Source: Xylographa opegraphella (lineage: Eukaryota). Taken from it: a stretch of DNA of 64,000 nucleotides. Every line of letters starts with the position of its first letter. The first letter of the stretch is position 1. Shown here piece after piece: positions 25,766 to 38,483 of this stretch. Made by a program: the position numbers and the translations under genes. The DNA is taken from NCBI GenBank assembly GCA_022813865.1, contig JALDZX010000020.1:248001-312000 (forward strand), written 5' to 3'. The notes below the pieces were generated by a model. The model had not been told where the DNA came from. It ran no database searches and was given only the letters and a program-made list of their open reading frames with translations.

Positions 25766-28023
25766 TTGGCATCGAGCGTGGTGCATCCCATCTGTACCTC
25801 TCAACGTCTCTTCGAGTCTACCATTTCACAATTCGTCGACCGCACGGTTCTTGATGCACGGCATCCGTACACGCTTGTATCTTCATCATGTCTCTTGGCT
25901 TGTGCTCTGTATCTGTGCCTAGCAAGGTGTCTGTCTGCAGACGATGGTCAGGTACCATATTTGACCAATCTCGCTGAAGGACTGTCTGGAGTATGCTGTG
26001 ATGTCGTGGTGTCTACAGAGAGTGATCCGGTCGGTGTGGGAGATGGAGCAGAGTCTACCGAGAGCGAAGATGTGTCGATTGGCCACGGCTTATTCAGTAT
26101 TGATGGAAATGTTGCTGGTACACCTTGCAGTATTGAAGAAATGTTCGATGGTGACGCTACAGAATATCAAGACGAGGAGGAGAACGAAGGAGACATTGAT
26201 GACGAAGAGGACGAAGGATGCGCGAACGACCAAGAAGACGAACGTCTATACGGCCATCATAAATCTAAAATATGGCTGTGGCTGAGAACGTTCAGGACTG
26301 AGGTCAAGGGAAATATTGATGGCAAGATGGATGAGCAAATAGCTTCGTGCCGCGCGTGTCCCATCCATAGAAAACCAATCAGAAAGATTTTCTATACTAA
26401 AATGAAAGAGCCTAATCAGGATCTTGCTGACTTGGCCTTTGCTGTTCTTGACCGCTGGGGTTTTCTAAAGACCGACATCATGGATCATCCCATCAAGAAA
26501 GGCTCCGGGGTTTGGGGAAACGAGCTTGACGAAAGCAAAATACTGGTGATTGAGTATCTGAATTTGGACGGAAGACTCAGGCGCCAAGGTATAGCAAAGA
26601 AGCTCTTCGAAGATATCTGGCAGAGGTTCCAGTCTTCGTTTTCAAATTGCAGATTTGTTATGGTACAGGCAACCGACCTTCACAACATCGATGATTGTGT
26701 GCAGATGGAACATATGACGGCACTGAAAGTTACCAATACCTTCAGTCTACTGTGGTATCTGCTGTGTCATTTTGGAGAGCAACGGGCTTTCGACGCATCG
26801 GAATGACACAGTGGTTCTGTCTTGCCGCTGATACAGATCATTCAGCTGCGGACCTTGCGTCACAAGACGATTTCGACCCTCCACAGACATTGTTCTCAAT
26901 TGGTGCTTTGCCCCTTCATGATGCCTTGGATGCTATTATCAATCCCAAAGATATGAACCCCAACGCTCGAGACCACTTTTACCCTTGGCTTGTTAATGAA
27001 CCTATGAAAACTGCGACATTAGAGCTGCTTAATGGATATCTCTCTTCTCACTCACGGACTGATCCGAATTGGACCGCCACTGACCGCGATGGAAATACGA
27101 TCCTACATCTGCTAGCAAAGCCCCGGTTGCTCAAACCACTTCAGTGGGTGCTCCAGTGACTATCGTATGCTCACTTGCTGAAGATTCGAAATCATAACGG
27201 AGACACTCCTGCTGAAGCTTTTGCATGCGAACTTGAAAAGACGAGAACGGAGCTTGGTTTCGGTGCCAGGAGACTAGAGGTGTCTGATATGTTTGATGGC
27301 TACCGCGAGGATGAGGTTGAATGTCTTCTCAAGTTGAGAGGACTTATTAATCCATCGGATATGGACAAAGCACAGGCAACTTTCGGTTGCACATGTGGAA
27401 TGTGTCTCGGGGGCATCAGTCCCAGAATGGGTTTCGCGCTGGAGTGCCAAGTCCGTCTCCGTCACCATGCGAAGAACCGGATATTCAGGGGGGATATTTC
27501 GGGTGAATGTTGGTGTAGCGAGAACTACCTTCACCTCGAACACTTGGCTCCACGCGTTCGACGACAACTCGAAATCAACGAATTCATGCGTCAAGGTGTG
27601 ACCAACCTCTTCCGCCATATTGCGGATTGCCTTCGCCAGAAGCAGGTACCTACCACTCTCAACATGCTTCACGTGCTCGAGGCTGCTGGCGAATGGCCGC
27701 CAAACACCAAAAACTTCCTGCAGAGAGGGGGCACAGTGGCCGCTCTGATGCAAGTATGCTTTGAATTGGCCGGTAACGACGATCGCTACCTCGGAGACGG
27801 TTCTCATGAGAAGGATTTCCAACCTCTGATCGACGAGCTGCCCACCTGCAGGAATGATCGGGAATTCCTGTTTGCAATGAGGGTGTATACTATGATTGAA
27901 GAAGGTCGCCTCAAGATGCCGCCATCACCTGGGAGAGGCTGGATTGACGTGTCAGGATGGGGTGGAGATGCACCGGTGTGGGTTGTACTGCTGGGTGTAT
28001 TTCCGGGGATGGACTGTATATAA
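25766..28023 (+). pseudogene. Disrupted fungal protein with a GNAT-like motif and an ankyrin-like segment (start uncertain)
   Basis: LRRQGIAKKL (acetyl-CoA-binding-like), FWRATGFRRIG, DRDGNTILHLLA and RNHNGDTP. Frameshift near 26720-26745 with no clear intron, and an in-frame TGA at 27157-27159 after which the same frame continues to 28023. Confidence 0.65.
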
Positions 28024-29270
28024 GCAGGATGGAAATGCAGTCCATCATTAGCTTTGGCGCCTTGCTTGCTCTGTACACTTCCATCGTCTTGGCTATTGCT
28101 TCTTATATTCTGTATGTGCGGCTGTCTTATTAGCGCTGGAGATGTTGCCATTCTGTACCATATTTAGGCGCTCAATCGGCTGGGTGGGCTCCTTGCGAGA
28201 CGGCATAGTTGGTAGCTAGGACTCATTAAAACGACTCTCTTCCGTGCCATTTCTGTCGGTTCAGCGATGTTTGCCATGCGTTGTCCTTATGTGGGATTGG
28301 GGAGACGCGTAACTTGAGTGAAGCAGCGGACATGGATCGGAGAAGCAATTTATTTGGGAGTGCTTTAATAATGCTAGGCGTTCTTCGTCTGCTGCGTTGT
28401 TGCCTGGCTGCGGCGTTTTACGCTGATGATTAGGATATCGATGATTGGGACGAGCATGTCATTCTCGGGGTTCGGACATAGTGAGCCGGCTGCTGATGCC
28501 TCTCGCACTGCCGTCACGCTTGCGCTTCCCCACACTTTGAAGATGAACCACTGACCAGTCGGCTAGGATAGCACACCACCACACCACAACCCACCCCACC
28601 TCGCCCACTTTCTCACACGTGGGGTAAAGTTGGAAGTCGGCCATGTTGAGGGGGCCATGACTCCCATCAAGCCACCTGAATGAAAATGGGGATCAGAATG
28701 CTGGAATACTTCACCTACTATCGGCTTCCTCAGGCTCGTGGAATGCCGCACCGTGCGACTGCATACCCGACCATCCATTTGTCTGGATCGTGATTCCCAG
28801 ATCGCGATCGCGCTAAGTTAGCAAGGACGTGGATGACTAAAAGGATGCCGTTCGAACGGACTGACAGCGGCAGCGACTCCCATCACCAACCACAGCGGAC
28901 AGAGCCCAAGACGCACCAACTAAAAGCAGGAAATGATGCATCCGTCGGATTTGCCGAGTTCTCCCCACGGCCTGCTTTATGATGTCGAGATGCATGCCAT
29001 CTGCCGCTTTTGCGGAGAGGGCGTAAAGTCTCCTTTCTGCTTCCTCGAGCAGAAATACTGCTTTCCACCCCTTCGCTTTGGGCCGAGTTGACCATACGTG
29101 CGATAGTGACCAATTGCGTGGGAAATAGCCGTCTTCCTTGTTTGCGACACCTTCGCAATGAGCACGGTTTCATATATGTGTATATAGACTCACTGCTACC
29201 TATTTTTCCACTACAGTCTTTGCTCCACTCCCCTCTCGACAGAATCTAGCTCTTCACACGCCGACCCATC

Positions 29271-31036
29271 ATGCTTGAAGCGATTGTCCCAGCGCTCCTG
29301 GAGCACTGGCCCTTTGTTCTCCTTTTTGTTGGTGTCGCATACCTGGCAAAGAACTACTTCAACCATGGTCTCCAGAAATATCCTGGCCCCTTCATCGCAT
29401 CGTTAACCGATTGGTGGAGGTTTGTGGATGTTTGGGGGAGAAGACCGGATATTACGCATATCAGGCTACATAGGCAGTTGGGCGATATCGTGAGATTGGG
29501 ACCCAACTCGTTGTCCTTTGCAGACCCCAAAGCTCTGAAAACCATCTATGGCCTGAACAAGGGCTTCACCAAGGTAATTTTGGAACGGAATTCTGACGCA
29601 CTGCCACATCGCTAACACTGGGCAGTCTGAATTCTATCCCGTCCAACAAGCCCTCTCGAAAGGCGAACGCCTGCCTTCACTCTTTTCCACTACCGATGAG
29701 GCATACCACGCACAACTTCGACGGTCCGTCAACAATGCCTTTTCCATGTCCGCGCTGGTTCAATACGAGCCTTTTGTCGACGAGACGACAGAGAAGTTCC
29801 TCGACCAGACAACAGCCCTATTCGCTTCCAAAAACGCGGTTTGCGATTTCGCAGAGTGGCTTCAGTTCTACGCCTTTGATGTTATTGGGAACATTACATA
29901 CAGCAAGCGACACGGCTTCGTGGACCGAGGTGAGGACGTCGACGGAATGGTCCAATATCTCGGGAAGCTATTTAGCTACGTGGCGCCGGTACGTCTAGCT
30001 ACGGGCCCAACTATCCGACGCATATCTAATGCATACATAGGTCGGCCAGCTTCCCATGCTTGACGTTCTCCTGCTCAAAAATCCAATCCTTCGATTCCTT
30101 GACCGAACCGGTATAATGTCGTTCACTTTCCCAGTTGTCACCTTCGCAAAGGCCCGCATGGGTGAACGCCTCGCTGAGATCGAGGAAGCGAAATCAAATG
30201 GTCAAGATCCCGAAGCCAGTCCGGGTGTGAAGCGCGGTGATCTCCTGTCCATGTTCTTAAAAGCAAAGGACGACCGCCCAGAGTTCTTCCATGACGGTCG
30301 TGTTTTGACCATGGCTGTGAGCATGGCCTTTGCCGGCAGTGAGACCACCGCGATCAGTTTGGCCGCAGTATTCTACTACTTGCTCAAGAACCCATCATGT
30401 TACAAGAAGTTGATTGAGGAGATTGACGAGGCCATCAAGTCTGGAGAGGTAGAAGATCGAGCTACAGGTCTTGTCACCTGGACAGAGAGCCAGAAGTTGC
30501 CATACTTGGACGCCTGCGTCAAAGAAGCTTTCCGGCTACATCCTGCTGCTGGACTACCGCTGGAACGTATTGTACCAGCTCAAGGCGCGGACATCTGTGG
30601 AGAGCATATCGTGGGTGGCACAATAGTAGGCTGCAGTGCCTGGGTCATTCACAGGAGACCGGAGATCTTTGGCGAAGACGTGGATGTCTACCGTCCCGAG
30701 CGGTGGATCGAGGCAAACAAAGAGCAACGAAAGGAGATGGAAGGGACCATGTTCCAGTTCGGTGCAGGTGCTAGGACGTGCATTGGAAAGAACATCAGTC
30801 TCCTGGAGGTGTACAAGCTGGTACCGAGCTTCCTGAGAAGATTCGAGGTACGTGTTATAATTTTCCATGATGTATCCCTGGGCAGTTCCCATTCACTAAT
30901 ACGCTCTGAAACATAGATCCGTCTCGCAAACCCGGACCAAGAGTGGAAGCTGCACAATGCCTGGTTCGTCAAGCAGCTGAACTTCAACACCTATTTCCAT
31001 CCTCGTCAGATCGGCGGTGAGAAGGCCGCTGCTTGA
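29271..31036 (+). CDS. Cytochrome P450 (pisatin-demethylase-like group); exons 29271-29573, 29626-29988, 30041-30847, 30917-31036
   Basis: N-terminal TM, PGP, VRLGPN, AGSETT, EAFR (ExxR), YRPERW and heme motif FGAGARTCIG. Confidence 0.93.
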
Positions 31037-31292
31037 AGCAAGATGGATCGTTTGGGATTCTCAATTGATGTGATTACCTGTGCCTCAGAATGCATCGCGA
31101 TGGCTGGGGTGGGGGTTTGGTAAGGAGCGTTTGGAATTGAGTCGCTCTGTGCGTTTCTTTTTCTCCATGTACATATTACTTCTTCAACTTTATAATCGCA
31201 ACGGTAAAGGAGGTCCTCGGCGTTTTCGAACTTTTCATGGCTCTTGTGAAGCTGAGGTGTTACACAATAGGAAGAAATACTGCGTGGTCGTC

Positions 31293-31444
31293 TGTTGAGG
31301 TTCTCACCTTCACAGGGTAATTGAGGGGCCATATCAGGCTAGTCACTGGTATCAAAAGGTATCCGTGCCCTTGGTGCTCTGGTGAATGGCATGGAGGGTA
31401 CCTCAGAACTGGGCTTTATATAGAGCGGAGGATTTCTTGCGGTA
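31293..31444 (+). mobile_element. 5' part of an older LTR copy, interrupted by the Tc1/mariner element
   Basis: Starts TGTTGAGGTTCTCACCTTCACAGGGTAA, one mismatch from the solo-LTR start at 41810. Also shares TATAT.GAGCGGAGGATT with it. Confidence 0.8.
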
Positions 31445-31613
31445 CAGTGGCCTTCGATTCCGGTGTCCTCTTGATGAACTCTCTTTAATTTTATCTAAGC
31501 CACACTTAGTCAGCGCTAGACTAGATATGGTTAGTGCTTTATCTCCTCATCGCGATAGCCTCAGGTTAGTAGCCGCTGCTTTTGCTTGATGTAATTTTAG
31601 TCTCTGTGCTGAC
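31445..31613 (+). repeat. Left terminal inverted repeat (imperfect, about 170 bp)
   Basis: 46 of the first 61 nt match the reverse complement of the right end with no gaps (hand count). Further shared blocks: AGCCTYAGGTT, GCTGCTTTTG, CTCTGTGCTGAC. Confidence 0.85.
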
Positions 31614-32522
31614 CTAAATCGGAAGTATTGTTGCAGACAACAATACTTCCTATTTAACGGCAGCAGCAAGAATTGGCTCCACATCTTTCGAAGGCGCAGA
31701 TTAACTCAATCATTGGCACGAATTCAGTTACAGTACAGTATCACACCTAATATATATTTCAAGGTTCGCCGTCTGCTCTCATGCGGCTAAGGACAACACA
31801 TTCTATTGTTGTCCACTACCAATGACTGGCTCTCAATTTGTTCCAGGTGGGCAATTTCAAAATCTTCGAGACTATCTGGTAAACATTTATATCTACCGAA
31901 TAAAGATAGGCGAATATTTTACTTCTTTTTGATGTTTTGGGCTTGACAGCTTACTAGCCGCGCCGTTTAACTTCCGCAAAACAATTCATCATTCTCTTAA
32001 CAGCACCTCTGCCTGTCCGCTTTCCTGGCCTACTATGCAGGAAAGCACCCACTATTCTTCCGGGATCCGAATCAAAGAATGGAAGGTCAAAGACAAGGCA
32101 TAAGAAAGCGTTAAGGTATTGATTTTGGTCGCAAGTAAGTATTCATTGAGTGACAAGAACATTGTACAGAATAGACCAGCTTTGGAAGCGAAATCGACTA
32201 CGAAACAATGCAGTATAGCATCGTGATAATGGAAGGAAGGATGCGAAAATGTTGCTCCTAGGATTTTGTGCTACCGGAGACAATAAGAATGGATTAAATC
32301 TATGAGGCCTTTCCTTTGAAGCACCAAGTTGCCATAAACACATGTCTCAGTCCGGAGGAAAATATCGGCCAAGTACACTTCCTCGCCGAGTCCAGGTCGA
32401 CCAGCCTTCTCATAGTACTCCGTCCAGCGTATTTGATTGCTTCACGCTTCGTTCTCTAGGGGAAAGAAGAACGATTTCTCCTGGATTTAGCGTTGTTAGT
32501 CGACATGAATGACGTTATTGCA

Positions 32523-35500
32523 CTATTTACCAGCACCAGAAGATTTCAAAAGCGCTACAATCTGCAAGTGGCCACCCTCAGCAGCTGCTTGCAACGCCGT
32601 ACGTCCCATATCATCAGTAGCAGCAGCATTGACATCAGCCTTGGCATCGAGCAGCCTCTGAACGACCTCGAGGTGGCCACCCNNNNNNNNNNNNNNNNNN
32701 NNNNNNNNNNNNNNNNNNNNNNNNNNNNNNNNCATTGACATCAGCCTTGGCATCGAGCAGCCTCTGAACGACCTCGAGGTGGCCACCCTCAGCAGCATAT
32801 AAAAGCCCATACAATAGTTCTTTCTGGTCTTGAACTAAGCCAATCAAGATGTCTATATAGTTCAGGCGACCAAGTCTTGCATGACAACAGATCAATCCAA
32901 TTCTTCCCGCAGAATTGAGTTTAGCAGAAGTAACAAATTGTAGAAAGACAGCACAATGGTCGTGCGTGTTAAGCCATTCGTAAATAATATGGCTTGGCTC
33001 GTAGAAATCTTCCGGTGCCCAAGGCGTTGTCACCAGATCTTGCGAGCTGCGTATCATTTTCTTCCAAAGACTCCAAGTTCTAGATTTACCTTCTTCAAAG
33101 ATACAGGTGTGAGATAGCCAGTAGCTTTGAGCGTACTCGAGAAACGGGTGTCCTAGCTGTAACGTAGTCGTCGAGTCTTGAAGACGATCATTGATTATCA
33201 TCATGTCTTCCTTATCACTCTTGATATTACGATAGACGTGAGCACTTAGCTTCTGCTTCGCACGTATTATGCGCGTAGTGATATCCTCTCCTTCCAAAGT
33301 TTTCTCAATGAGATAGTTCGGAAGTCGAGTTGGCAGTGCTGCAGGTCTTCGGACTAATGCTGTCTTAAGGTCATTTGAGTTGAGATAGGTTACACATATC
33401 TCTCCAATAAAGTGATTAGCTTCCGCCAAATTAATGTGAAAACCGAGGAGACTCGAATCAGATGATGGTTCGAAGAGATGCTGAAGGACACTGCGATGTA
33501 TGAATTGAACAATTTGGAACTCCTCGTCTAGTTGGACTAGATTCTCGCACCAGAAAGTCATGCGCTCTAGACCGGTTGGTGTCCTCCCCGTGATGGAATA
33601 AGGCGTGCCAGGCTCATATGAAAGAGCCTCCCGCAGCTCGCCAAGTGTGAGTGCTCGTTTGGTTGCTGCAACCCACCGAAAAATATCGATAGCAGTTTTC
33701 GCAGAGGGACGCTTCGAGATCCGTCTCATAGCGCGATCGAACGTTTCTCCTATGCTTTTAGGAAGATTTAAAAGCGCTCTGCGGATTTCATTATCGCAAG
33801 TACATCCGCATATCTCGGCAATTTGAATGTCAACCCAAAGGAACCTGCCAAATTAGCAAAGCTAATTGATTGTTAAGAGTAACCACTCACATCCCGTTTG
33901 CACCATTAATCAATGCTTTGATAATTTCTTGAGCCATAGCAGGGTCCGTTAACATGAGTCGTTCGTGTATGGGAACTTCTTCCTCCTGTCTTAGGGCTAT
34001 GTTCTCTCGGGTGTATGTCTTAATATCGACTCCTACTTCACCACAGTCGGTAGACTTCTCGTGAGATCTTGGGAACCAATTTCGAACGGCTGCTAACATG
34101 CTGCTTCGGCCGACAAGAAAAAGCTTCACACTAGAATCTGGACGTGATATAACAGATGATAGAACTCGTAGAAGGGTATGGCGCTCCTCATTTTCGAATT
34201 CGTCCAAAGAATCAATAACAATGTACAAGGTAGCAAATTTGCTGGTACAGTACTGAAGTAAGGTCTTGGTTGTCTCCATAACTTTGCCATAAGTCTTAAG
34301 TTCGCTCAGCTGTCTCTCAATTTCCCCGGTTATATCGTCAGGTTCAAGGCACTGCCGGATGATAGATCTTAATACAGAGATGGCACTAAGTGATACAGAG
34401 TCATCATAGCGGGAGAGAACGAAAGCGGTCAGCTCATCAGTCCTTTTCCTCTCACGATAGAGGTACTCAATAACAGCCGATCTAAATCGTTGTTAGCGAG
34501 GTACACTCAGAAAATAGAACAAGTACTAGCGTAAGTACCGTCTTCCCCGACCCGACTACGAGCAGTTTAGTATAGTCTTAAAAGCAAGCGACAGAACTTA
34601 CTCTTCCCGGTCAAGAAGAATACCGAGGGTTTTCCATCATCCTTCCACTTGGTGAATTCTGTGGTAGAGAACAACCACATTGCTGTATTGACATATCGCT
34701 TTTTACGAGCCTGATAGAAGTTCTTTTGGTGTTCGTACGTTGACAAAGAGTCAAGCAATCTCATTCTCTTCTCCCCTATTTCAGTTCAGATTAAAATCGC
34801 CAAAAGAGCTATTCGAACCTACTTAAAAGGACCCGATCTCTACGCCTTTGCCATTCTCTGGCATTTTCAAGCTCTTTTTGAGCTCGTGACGTGAAATTTG
34901 ACAAATGCTTTCTGTGGTTGTCCGCAAGCTTTCGTTCTTGCTCCTGGAGATCTTGTTCTTGTCGATCAGACGTTGCTTTGGCTAGAGCAATTGCTTTCTT
35001 AACATCTTTGGCGCAAATCTGGATGTTCTCAAGCTGGGGACGAAGTTTGCTGCGCAACTCCGTTGTGACTTTCTTTATCCCTTCAGTCTTTAGGTTAGCA
35101 AAGCTCGCTGCAAGAGGTTATGGACTTATGGTCACTTGCATGGCTGCCGTGTTAGCAGGATACTCTGCTGGCACATTTGAACAATGGAGGCATGGAATGT
35201 ACATATTGATTCCTGAAGTTTAGATGAGTGAGGAAAGAGAAGCTGGTATTCCTCAAGTTGGGGAAAAAATTTATTGAGACCCATAAACAGATCCGCGAGA
35301 GACTCATAGTACGAGGTAATGTTGGCTGCTATCTAGAAGTAGCGTTAGGTTCAGCTCAAACAGCGTTGTGCCTCTATGAAAGTCTCAACAGATGCCTTAC
35401 GAGTACTGTAAGCTTGACACTTCCCCATACAAGTGCCGCAACATCCGGGTGGCTTGAAACGAAGGTTTCAACGATCGCGGAGAATTGCTGAACTGACTGC

Positions 35501-35742
35501 AGCATTGAGAACGCCCGCGCGCCGATGCTTCTTCCTCGTCTGGTCGTATTCGATGCATCGAGCTTGGCAGTGAAGATGAGTGCCGCGGAAGCATCGGGAA
35601 CTTCTTTAATCTGCTGCAGCTGCTTCCTCTCATCGTCAGTGAGGACGCTTCCGAAGTCTGAGAGCGCAACTTCGAGCGACTTCATCACCGATCCGTCGAT
35701 ATTACCTGTCCGAGGCGTGCGACCGAGAGCGATGAGAGACAT
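32523..35742 (-). CDS. NLR-like NACHT-ankyrin protein (N-terminal helical domain, NACHT, winged helix, ankyrin repeats); exons 35742-35401, 35332-35140, 35080-34823, 34775-34602, 34555-34531, 34481-33891, 33844-32523
   Basis: Splices into an open frame. N-terminal AALVWGSVK motif, Walker A TGKIGSGKT, Walker B YIVIDSLDE, GMFLWV, LPKSIGETFDR, HPFLEYA..YW..H, and ankyrin GRTALQAAAEGGHL. Needs two GC donors; an N gap (32683-32732) lies within the repeats. Confidence 0.85.
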
Positions 35743-36324
35743 CTTTCAGCGATTGCAATCTGCCGCCAACGACCGCGCGAGTAGTCCTGGAGTCAAGTAG
35801 TTGGCGATGCGGAACGGCGGTGATATAGGAGACAAGCTCTACAGTAGATCAAAGCAGTACAAAGAGCTAGATAACTGAAATTGACATCTGTCGAGAGTCA
35901 AGAGACAGCCTTAAAGGCGAAAGAATGAGGAAATGGGATAAGGCTGTGGCCCTGCGCCTTGGGTCTGAGCTGCGGGGCATATTTTTCAGCTCTCAGCCAC
36001 CACCGGACGGACGCCTCCTATGGCATTGTTAATTCTGTCATGTGACCGTGAACTGCCTCGTTCTCGAATAGCACCAAGCTCCAGAACTCATGAGTTAAAA
36101 TCAAGATAGAGTATAAAACAATCAAAAGCGCCCAAATAAGTCATATAATTTATATAACACATGTTTTGTTTCGGTCCTAATCAATCTATTTACTATGTTT
36201 TCACACCCTGGATCATCGTTGGGTGCGGCACAAATCACCAGTCCACATCCAAGCGATGTCAAAAAGAGCAAATTATAAGTGACACAGCATGCATTGCACA
36301 ACGGGCCTTCTGCAGGAATTCAAG

Positions 36325-38483
36325 TCAGAAAGGACGGATGAGCTGATCGAATGGCATAATGTCCCTCGTGGCCACGACCAAAACTCTCCAATTCTGACAG
36401 AAGGACTTCTCTCCTTTTACCTCGTTCACTCCCTCCCACGCCAGACAAACATTCGCTTTCTCGTCAAGCTTTGCGACTCTCGTTTGATTAAGCTTTCCTG
36501 GTATCTCCAAGTAGTCCAACCAAAGGCCCGGCACGGGTGCCTTAATAGCTCTGGACGGCTTCCGATCCATATATCGAAGCTTCCCGGAGAATATTCCAAG
36601 GAAGTCTCCAGGAGCAACCGAGACCAGCGGAGATATAGCTATTTGTTTTGCTAAGGCAGGCTTCTTGCCAATGACCCTTTTTCCAGATTCGCCTTCATAT
36701 GGAACCATACCAACGAAGATAGACTTGTTACTCGCAAGCTTACCCTTAACACCATGACAGAGGATATACTCGTTAGATTTTCCAGATGTAGCCATCTCAT
36801 TATGATTGGCGAGGAAACGTTCGTATTCTGTTTGGTCTTGATTCCAAACGCTGATATCATTTGCCCAAGCGCCTGTTTGGGCCGTACGAAGTCTTTCGAA
36901 GATGCGCCGATCCTCAATGTCACACCTACCGGAAAAATTAGCTCCCTCTTCAGCTATCACCCTTAGCCGCAGTTGTTGAAGACGGAGGTCCAGAACATGA
37001 TTCTATGAGAGTAGCAAGTCGAATTTCTTGGTATAGCGAAAGAAATGTGCCTTGAATTTACTGCAACGGTAGAGAAGTAAGGAAATTGCTCCCTTGAGCC
37101 GGAGTTCTGACAATAGCTTCCAATAGGATGTCCATTTGCAGACATTGTCTCTGCAGGTGCCGTGGCCTATCGCAGATATGAGCTGTTTAGCGGCAATTTT
37201 CTCCTGCGGAGTAATCTCTGTTTTTCGACCGGGGGGAACAGGAAGTGGGCCAATCATCTTGGCCCGCTGTTGAATCATAGGCCAAAAGTAGGTTTCTTTC
37301 CACAGACTACGCTGTTGGGCTCTGGTATCATTAGCTATTGCTTTCTCGATAGTCTTGATCACGTTTGCGTAGTCGCTATCCTCCTTGAATTCGCCTGTTA
37401 GCTCGGTTGATTCAGAAATGGTATCTAGTAATTCCTTCTCTGCAAGGATTCTGATATCCAGATGTGCAATTGTACTTTCTGTGTTCTTCTTCAAGCGTTC
37501 TGTATACTGCTGTAAGTTGATTTCTGATGCAAGCCGTGCCGGGAGAGTCATGTTCATCTGTTGGCGATCTTCAGCGATGCGCTCTATCTCATGTCGTTCG
37601 AAGTTCCGCAGTCTTTCCTGCTCGATGTCGAGCATTGCTTGGCCATCTGACGATTGCGTCTAACGCAATTCACAGCGACACTCATCAAGATCTTCGAGTA
37701 GTCTGTGGAGTCGCTCTCTAAATAGTCTAAGACGCCTGGAACATGGGAATCAGGTATACGACTTGTATCATCTGCCTTATCGAGCGCCTTCACCACGTCC
37801 TCTAATCGATGACCCGATTCATCGAGGATAGGTCGTTTCGCAATCTGTATCGTCGCACTCGGCAGATACTTGTTCGCAATATCCATCTTGTTGGTATGAT
37901 CTGCGGTGAAGATGCTTGTAAGGAGATTTGTGCTAGGCTCGGAGCTCGTGGATTGCTTCGGAGAGTCCATCTGAGAGACGTTCTCATTGTCTGCAATTGG
38001 CGACATGTCAAGTGCTGACGTATCGTCCACAAGTCTCATGTCGAGAGGAGAGCTAGAGAAATACCCATCGAGTATATCCAATCCATCTTCATGATCGAGT
38101 GTCATACAACCTCCTTCCTGTTGTTGGTCGAGAGGCTCCTGGTCAAGCGATAACAAATTTTCACTAGGGCACTGGTGCAGCGTGTCGTTCGTAAGAGCCT
38201 CTGATGCCTCGGACTCGATCGGTGGAAAGACCGCAGATTCGGAGCGTGGGAAGTCGTTGATGGTATATTCGCTACTGAGGGGATTTTCAACAATAGACCC
38301 CGCAGGAATGGACTCACTAGGAGCTGTAGGCTTTCGTCGCTTGGATCTGCTTGCTCCACCGCTTTGCATAGCAACATAAGATCGTTTCTGTAAGGACGAC
38401 GCCAAACGTTCGGAGGTGCGGCGGGCGTCGAGTGTCTCATTCCCTATTGATGCAGGACTTCGGGGAGGGGTTTGGGGAGACAC
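36325..38483 (-). pseudogene. Decayed fungal protein with a C-terminal SET-like domain (transposon cargo; start uncertain)
   Basis: The C-terminus GDFLGIFSG...GKLN...ANV...VLVVATRDIMPFDQL resembles SET-domain motifs. Frameshift near 37714 and in-frame TAGs at 37662-37660 and 37005-37003. Confidence 0.65.
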
